Assembly: GCA_036012755.1 (NCBI GenBank)
Contig: DASCPX010000027.1
Location: 160,001-224,000 of the forward strand
Origin: Myxococcota bacterium
GTDB lineage: Bacteria; Myxococcota_A; UBA796; CAJQPC01
Direction: 5' to 3'
Length of the DNA: 64,000 bases
Part shown: piece after piece, positions 58,475-64,000 of the stretch
Numbering within the stretch: the first letter of the stretch is position 1
Layout of the letters: every line of letters starts with the position of its first letter
Notes under the pieces: model-generated
The model's input: only the letters and a program-made list of their open reading frames with translations
What the model was told of the DNA's origin: nothing
The model's database searches: none
Translations under genes and position numbers: made by a program

Positions 58475-58894
58475 TCAGTCGGACTCGAGGCAGTCCCTCA
58501 GGCCCTGCAGTGACTGCCGCCACGTCTTGTCCTGGCTCTCACGGGCCTCCTCGTCGTCGAGCAGGCCGCCTCCGGAGTGGATCAGTCCGACCCGTGTCTC
58601 GTCCCCATCGCGGGCGATGGAGAAGCTGAGCACCGTGCCCTTGGTGTCTGCTGGCGAGTTTTCATCCCACCGGAGCTCGAACTTGCTGGTGGGACGGAAG
58701 GTCAGGATCGTCCCGACCTCCTCGACCGGTTCGCCATCGTCGTTCTCGCTGGTGAGCACGACGCGGCCGCCCTTCCGGCCATCCACCCGGGCCTCGTCGG
58801 CGTACCAGGACTTCCAGCCCTCGGCGGTCGTGAGCATTCGCCAGACGGCCCGTGGGCCGGCCGCGATGTGGATGAAACGGCGGATCGAAGCCAA
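58475..58894 (-). CDS. SRPBCC/AHSA1 START-like domain protein
   Basis: IHIAAGPRAVWRMLT..W, D.R.GG, terminal W...L..LR. Confidence 0.85.
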   Translation of the reverse strand: MASIRRFIHIAAGPRAVWRMLTTAEGWKSWYADEARVDGRKGGRVVLTSENDDGEPVEEVGTILTFRPTSKFELRWDENSPADTKGTVLSFSIARDGDETRVGLIHSGGGLLDDEEARESQDKTWRQSLQGLRDCLESD

Positions 58895-58930
58895 AGCACG
58901 CGCTCATTAACCAACGGCTACAGTGCGGCA

Positions 58931-59818
58931 ATGTGGTTGCTGCTCGCATGCAACGGCGATGGGGACAGTCCCATCCATCGGGAGAGCCTGCCGGTGGACG
59001 ACACCGCCCTCGTGGAGACAGGCGAACCGCCCGAGCGCTTCGTCGGCGAGGGCGGCGGCTACGGCCATGCGCTCGCCAGCGACGGTGACCGGGTCTTCGT
59101 CTCCGCCCCATGGATCGGATCCGTGTACGAGCTCGACGGCACCTTGCACACGCTCGGCCCGGTCGGCTCCGGGTATGCGATGGCCTACGACGACGATCTG
59201 CTCATGGGGAACCCCTTGGAGGGCACGCTCTCAGACGGCACGGAGGGCGAATACGGGGCGGTGGTGCGTCGCGACGGCGGCTGGCTGCTCTCCAGGGGTC
59301 TCGGCGCCGAGTTTCCGTCCGGTCCGGTCGCGCTCCCGGAGAGACCCGCCGACCTGGCCTTGTGGAACGGCCAACGGGTCGCGGGCATGGCCCACGGCAC
59401 ACATGCCCTGTCCATCGAGGAGGAGCTCGTCGAGAGACTCGAGCCGGGCGACGGCGCTGGCTATGCCCTCTGCGTCGCTGACGTGGACAGCGACGGCGTC
59501 GACGAACTCGTGGTGGGCGCGCCGAACGCCGGTGTCGTCTACCTCGTCGAAGATGAGCTCGAGACCGCCGAGTCGGTGGTCGGCGAGGGGCGCTTCGGGC
59601 ACTCCCTGGCCTGCGCGGAGGGCCTCCTCGTGGTCGGCGCACCCATGAGCGGCGCCGAACTCGCCGGCGAGGTCGTCATCTACGAAGACCTCGACCCGGT
59701 GGCTGTCGTCGAAGGCGAAGTCGGGGACACCCTAGGGGCGAGCGTGCTGCTGTCCGGAGACCGTATCTTCGCGGGCGCGCCAGGTAGCACCGAGGGAGCC
59801 GTCCTGCGGCTTCGCTGA
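58931..59818 (+). CDS. FG-GAP (integrin-alpha-like) repeat lipoprotein
   Basis: MWLLLA-C; YGHALA, DVDSDGVDELVVGAP, FGHSLA, VVGAP. Confidence 0.8.
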   Translation: MWLLLACNGDGDSPIHRESLPVDDTALVETGEPPERFVGEGGGYGHALASDGDRVFVSAPWIGSVYELDGTLHTLGPVGSGYAMAYDDDLLMGNPLEGTLSDGTEGEYGAVVRRDGGWLLSRGLGAEFPSGPVALPERPADLALWNGQRVAGMAHGTHALSIEEELVERLEPGDGAGYALCVADVDSDGVDELVVGAPNAGVVYLVEDELETAESVVGEGRFGHSLACAEGLLVVGAPMSGAELAGEVVIYEDLDPVAVVEGEVGDTLGASVLLSGDRIFAGAPGSTEGAVLRLR

Positions 59819-60390
59819 GGACGATTGGAGACCAGCAGGACTGCGCCGACGAGGGCGACGAAGAGGAAGCCGGTGCCGAGTCCGACCAGGCACAGGCCCA
59901 CTCCGACGAGCATCCCGCTCCTGCGCGTGACCGCCCGAGGATCGGGGGTGCGACTTCGAAGAGCGACCCAGAGGACCTCTCCGAGCGCCAGCGGCCATGC
60001 AGGAAGGAGATGGAGCACGGCAGCCGCCAGCGCGACCGCCCCGATCACGCGGAGTTCCGGCAATGGAGCCAACGCGAGCAGGCCGAGCACAGCGCTCCCC
60101 AGCGGCGCTGCGAGGGCGACGAAGTAGGCGGACCCGTCACCTCCACCGGAGGTCGCGTGGACACCCAGGCCGTGAACGCGGATCTCCCGAGCGCCGGCCA
60201 GGCGGGCGCCGAGTGCCTGGAACAGGACCGTCAGGCCCAGGCCCACGCTGAGGAGCGCCGCCGAGCGAAGGGACCCACCGAGCCCCTGCAGGCCGACGAG
60301 GGCGCCCAGGACGGCAGGCAGGGAGAGCTCCAGGCGCCACGTCGTCGGGGCGCTCTCGCGCTGGGACAGGGACTCGACGGTCTGGATCAT
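59680..60390 (-). CDS. Degenerate M50 site-2 protease-like membrane protein
   Basis: VLFQALGA for HELGH; VALAAP; HLLPAWPLALGEVL for NLLP.FPLDGGRVL; 3' end overlaps the convergent gene. Confidence 0.55.
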   Translation of the reverse strand: MIQTVESLSQRESAPTTWRLELSLPAVLGALVGLQGLGGSLRSAALLSVGLGLTVLFQALGARLAGAREIRVHGLGVHATSGGGDGSAYFVALAAPLGSAVLGLLALAPLPELRVIGAVALAAAVLHLLPAWPLALGEVLWVALRSRTPDPRAVTRRSGMLVGVGLCLVGLGTGFLFVALVGAVLLVSNRPQRSRRTAPSVLPGAPAKIRSPDSSTLAPRVSPTSPSTTATGSRSS

Positions 60391-60494
60391 CAGCGAGCAG
60401 GGGCTCCCGGAAGCGGGCATCACTGGTAGCGAGACTGCCCATCTCCCCCCGTGGGATCGGACCCGGGGCGACGGGTGTTTATGATGAAGCCCAG

Positions 60495-60740
60495 ATGCGC
60501 AGCTACGATCCTTTCCGACTGGACTTCCGGCCCGAGCCAGAGCCTGTCCACGGCGAGATCCAGCCGGCCCTCCGCGTCGTCGAGGACGAGGACCTGTTGC
60601 ACGGTCCGCGCTTCCCCTTGTGGATTCGGGTCGGCGCAGTCCTCATGGCCCTGGGCTTCGCACTGTCGACGGCGCTCTCCGGTGGGTCTCCGGTGCTCAC
60701 GCACCCCGCCGTGCCTCAGGGGGAGCCCCTCACGCGTTGA
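60495..60740 (+). CDS. Small single-TM protein
   Basis: TATGAT upstream; one TM segment. Confidence 0.45.
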   Translation: MRSYDPFRLDFRPEPEPVHGEIQPALRVVEDEDLLHGPRFPLWIRVGAVLMALGFALSTALSGGSPVLTHPAVPQGEPLTR

Positions 60741-61173
60741 ACCAGGACGGGACCGCCAGCTCGATCGGTCCGCGAATGCGCGCTTGACAGGCGAGTCGGT
60801 CGCCTCGGGCAACGGCGGCTGCGCCCAGCGCGACCTTCTCCCGGTCCTCCATCGGCGAGAGATGCGTCGTCTCTCCGCGGACGATGACCCTGCAGGTTCC
60901 GCAGGACGCACAGCCACCGCAAAAGTGGTCCAGTGAAACCCGGAGGGACCTGGCCGCCTCGAGGACGGTCGCCCCAACCACCGCCTGACCCCCGCCGCGC
61001 TCCCCGAAGTCGACCTCGACCAGATCGCCGTCGTTCCAGGGAAGAGGCGGGCCCAGCGCGACCTGGCGCAGCCTCGCGGCCAGCTGGCGCAGCGCTCTGT
61101 ACAGGACCGTTAGGCGACTTGCGGCGATCAGCCACCCCCTTCCGGGGCGGTAACTCGCCCATGGACTCGGCAT
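60730..61173 (-). CDS. 2Fe-2S ferredoxin
   Basis: CGGCASCGTC...RLACQ; GGAGG SD. Confidence 0.88.
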   Translation of the reverse strand: MPSPWASYRPGRGWLIAASRLTVLYRALRQLAARLRQVALGPPLPWNDGDLVEVDFGERGGGQAVVGATVLEAARSLRVSLDHFCGGCASCGTCRVIVRGETTHLSPMEDREKVALGAAAVARGDRLACQARIRGPIELAVPSWFNA

Positions 61174-61196
61174 AGCCCCCTCCCTGGAGCGAACCG

Positions 61197-61622
61197 ATGA
61201 CCAAGCTTGCCAACGCTGCCCTGGAGCTGTCCCGTCTGGACGACGTCATCCTCGTCGAGCTCACACTCGATGGCGACAACGCGGCCTTCGATGCTCTGTT
61301 CCATCGATACTCCGGGAGGGTCTACGCCATCGGCCTCGGGATGATGCGAAACGACGCCGAGGCCCATGATGTCGTGCAGGAGACCTTCCTCAACGCCTTC
61401 CGGAAGCTCCACACCTTCCGGAGGGAGAGTCCCTTCCGCGGATCGCTCTTCCGCATCGCCCACAACGCCGCCTTGATGCGCCTGCGCAGTCGCCGTCGCA
61501 GGCCAGAGGTGGCGCTGCAGGTCGACGAGGGCCATGCCCGGCCCCTGCCCGACCACAGACCCCTGGCGCTCGCTGGTCTCGAGACCCGGGAGCTGGGCCC
61601 CTACCTCGGCGGCGCGGTCTGA
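61197..61622 (+). pseudogene. ECF sigma factor with region 2 only (truncated, or a sigma2-only protein)
   Basis: AFDALFHRY..VY, AHDVVQETFL.AFRKL..FR, LFRIA.N; stops before region 4; conserved Trp is Ser. Confidence 0.65.
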
Positions 61623-61703
61623 CTCCAGGCCGTTGGATGAAACTCCGATGACACTGGGAGCGGTGGTGGCCAAGCCCATCGGCCACTACGATGAGGACGC
61701 CGC

Positions 61704-63194
61704 ATGCCACGCCCATCGCCTCGTGAGAACCCCTGGCCCCGGGCCCTCGGGGTCTCGCTGGTGGTGCACCTGGTGGTCCTGGCCATCCCGCTCTGGCCCG
61801 AGGCCGGGGCAAGCGACCAGGATGACATCGTGGAGCTCGTCGAGTACGGCCTCGTTGAGCTCACCGCAGACGGTGTCGCCGAGCTCGGCGAGGACGCAGC
61901 GCCAGAGGAACCAGACCCGGCGGCCGGCGCACCGACGGTCGATGAGGCGCTCCTGGCCTGGCTGCCCGAGCCCCCGGAGGAGGTCGAGCCGCCAGCGCCC
62001 GAGCAGCCGGCCGAGCTCGAGCACGTCCAGTTCGACGAGACCTCCACCGAGAGCGACGTCGCCCCCGAGACCAACCGGATCGCGAGCAAGAACGTGCTGG
62101 CGGACCGTGACACTCGAGCGCTGACACCGGTCCTGGAGCGCGGGCCGACGGTGCCTGCCCAGCTCGGCGCACCGGGCAGCGTGGGCAGCGGGAGTCCGCA
62201 GAAGACCGTCGAGATGCAGACCGAGAGCGGGAGGAAGCTGGCCTCCGACGCCGAGGCCGTCGCGAGGAAGCGAGCAGCCCGCGAGAGCTCCGACGAGGTC
62301 AGCGACGGTGAGCGGGGCGCCGCCACCGCCGCGGGCGCAAGGAGCCTCGCGGAACGGGACGGCGGCCGCGAGGCGAAGGACCTGGAAGGGCGGGGCGCGC
62401 GCCCGGAGAGCCATCAGAGCGCTGGTCGGAATGCGGCCAGGGTCCTCGGCCAGGTGGAGAGCGCTCCGCTGGCCATCGATGGTTGGGAGCCTCACGCCGT
62501 CCGCGTCGAGCCCAGTCTCGGCCAGCCCGCGCCCTCGGCAGAAGCATCCGAGATCGAGACGGAGGACCGCGAGGATGACGACGCGGTCATGCAGGCCCGA
62601 GCAGAGCGCCGAGTTCGGGAGACCGGCGACGACGGTGAGGTCGAGCTGCGCACCCCCCAGCCGGTGGACCACGAAGAGGACGCCCCGGCGGTCGCGGACC
62701 TCGACGACCAGGGCGAGGACCTCGAGGAGGCGGACCGGGCCTGGGGTGGGGAGCAGGTCCAGGAGCGCAGCGTCGAGTCTGGCGCGACGGGCAGCACCGC
62801 CCTGACCGGAAGGACCGCGACCACCTCGCCGCTGGTCCTCGAGCGCACGGTCGACGATGGACCCGTCACCCAGGCGGAGGCGATGCTCCACCCACACGCG
62901 CACTACATGGACGAGGTCCGAACGGGCATCGAAGAGCGCTGGCGCGAGCTGACACCGCTCGAGGTCAGGGCGATGGGTCTGCAGGGAACGGCGGTCGTCG
63001 TCCTGGAGATCGATGGACGAGGCAGGGTGGTGACGAAGACGCTGACCAAGCGGAGCGGCCACAGCGAGCTCGACCAGCTGGCGCTCGCTTCCGTGCCGAC
63101 GCGGGTCAAGCGCCCCCCGGAGGGAGCAGCCGACCCGACCTTCGTCTACGAGATGCGGTTCATCCACACGGATCGCTGGGCAAGCGCGAACTGA
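61704..63194 (+). CDS. TonB/TolA-like energy transducer with long acidic linker
   Basis: TM SLVVHLVVL (S..H motif); C-terminal VVLEIDGRG..RSGHSELDQLAL. Confidence 0.75.
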   Translation: MPRPSPRENPWPRALGVSLVVHLVVLAIPLWPEAGASDQDDIVELVEYGLVELTADGVAELGEDAAPEEPDPAAGAPTVDEALLAWLPEPPEEVEPPAPEQPAELEHVQFDETSTESDVAPETNRIASKNVLADRDTRALTPVLERGPTVPAQLGAPGSVGSGSPQKTVEMQTESGRKLASDAEAVARKRAARESSDEVSDGERGAATAAGARSLAERDGGREAKDLEGRGARPESHQSAGRNAARVLGQVESAPLAIDGWEPHAVRVEPSLGQPAPSAEASEIETEDREDDDAVMQARAERRVRETGDDGEVELRTPQPVDHEEDAPAVADLDDQGEDLEEADRAWGGEQVQERSVESGATGSTALTGRTATTSPLVLERTVDDGPVTQAEAMLHPHAHYMDEVRTGIEERWRELTPLEVRAMGLQGTAVVVLEIDGRGRVVTKTLTKRSGHSELDQLALASVPTRVKRPPEGAADPTFVYEMRFIHTDRWASAN

Positions 63195-63222
63195 AGGGCG
63201 ATACTGAGGGCTGGTGCACCCG

Positions 63223-64000
63223 ATGAGCGACCGCTCCCGCCGCAAACGCCGCGAAGCGTGGGTCGCGCGCCTCGTCACCTGGGGTGCGATCTCACTCTTC
63301 CTCCACGTGCTCGTCCTGGGCGCGCTCGGACCGCTCTGGCCGTACATCTCGGAGCCGCCACAGCTGGAGTCATTCCAGCCTGACTCCCTGGTCTTCCTGG
63401 AGCCCTTCGAGGAGCCGGACGAGGAGCCAGAGGAGCCCGAGTACAGCGGGCAGATCGTCGAGGTCGCAGAGCCCGTCGACAAAGAGAAGCCAGTGGACTC
63501 CGACTTCCTGGCCGAGTTCGACCGCACGGTGCCGGATCAGACGCGGGTCGAGAAGTTCCGCGTCGACCGAGATGTCGTCAGCGACGTCTTCTCCCGCGAG
63601 GACCGGATCGAGGCCGAGGAGCTCGAGGATCTCAACGTCACAGAGGACAGCACCGGGGCCCAGGTCGGCAACGACCACTTCGACCCGGATCGCAACGGGG
63701 CGCTCGCGTCGCTGCCGTCGCCTTTCGCCCTCACCAACAAGGACGGCCTCCAGAAGCCGGTTCCGGCCTCGCACCGCACCGAGTTCCTGGCGGGATCTCC
63801 CAGCAATGACTTGCTGGACGTCGAGCTGGGCGAGGCGGTCGCCCTCAACACCAAGGAGTTCCTGTACGCGAGCTACATCAACCAGATCAAGCAGCTCGTC
63901 TCCTTCTACTACCAGCAGAACCTCGACAACCTGCCTCGCGGAACCGTGCTCTCGAAGAGCCAGTACACGACCGTCGTCGACGTCACCCTCAGCAGCGCCG
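63223..64000 (+). CDS. Second TonB-like protein (3' truncated by window edge)
   Basis: TM SLFLHVLVL; GQIVEV..FLAE, LNTKEFLYASYINQIK typical of myxobacterial TonB-family proteins; not in the ORF track because it lacks a stop. Confidence 0.7.
   Translation, partial: MSDRSRRKRREAWVARLVTWGAISLFLHVLVLGALGPLWPYISEPPQLESFQPDSLVFLEPFEEPDEEPEEPEYSGQIVEVAEPVDKEKPVDSDFLAEFDRTVPDQTRVEKFRVDRDVVSDVFSREDRIEAEELEDLNVTEDSTGAQVGNDHFDPDRNGALASLPSPFALTNKDGLQKPVPASHRTEFLAGSPSNDLLDVELGEAVALNTKEFLYASYINQIKQLVSFYYQQNLDNLPRGTVLSKSQYTTVVDVTLSSA

Noticed and set aside
61620..61643. Stop-codon readthrough or selenocysteine at the ECF TGA
   Set aside because: A second in-frame TGA follows after five codons and no region 4 is encoded in frame

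Overview
High-GC (~69-70% by eye), gene-dense chromosomal segment from what looks like a Myxococcota/deltaproteobacterial genome (TIGR02266-type PilZ, DUF4388, STAND Ser/Thr kinase, Haliangium-type BMC-T). No integrase, transposase, prophage or CRISPR-Cas is evident. Housekeeping content: partial alternative complex III actF-like gene, epmB/efp/epmA, an Hsp70-PilZ fusion, purF, purC, tRNA-Leu(CAA), pduO, trxB, queG, ggt, a PfkB kinase, tRNA-Arg(CCG), pcp, a thiolase, ygfZ, rpsR, a 2Fe-2S ferredoxin and two TonB-like proteins. The most unusual signals are: (1) about a dozen exported proteins with ultra-short, uncharged signal peptides (e.g. MWLLLA-C, MILLLG-C); (2) five apparent leaderless starts (TAnnnT-6/7 nt-start); (3) a basic protein with two tandem Hfq/Sm-like domains upstream of a two-gene split RdgC; (4) a sigma2-only ECF fragment and a stand-alone sigma4-like HTH protein about 5 kb apart; (5) several pseudoenzymes, including an M14 pair with complementary catalytic losses, a dead SIR2, a dead caspase and a dead M50; (6) a trypanosomatid-like thiolase, an orphan BMC-T shell gene and a REP/BIME-like repeat. 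All family calls come from motif recognition by eye, with no database searches.
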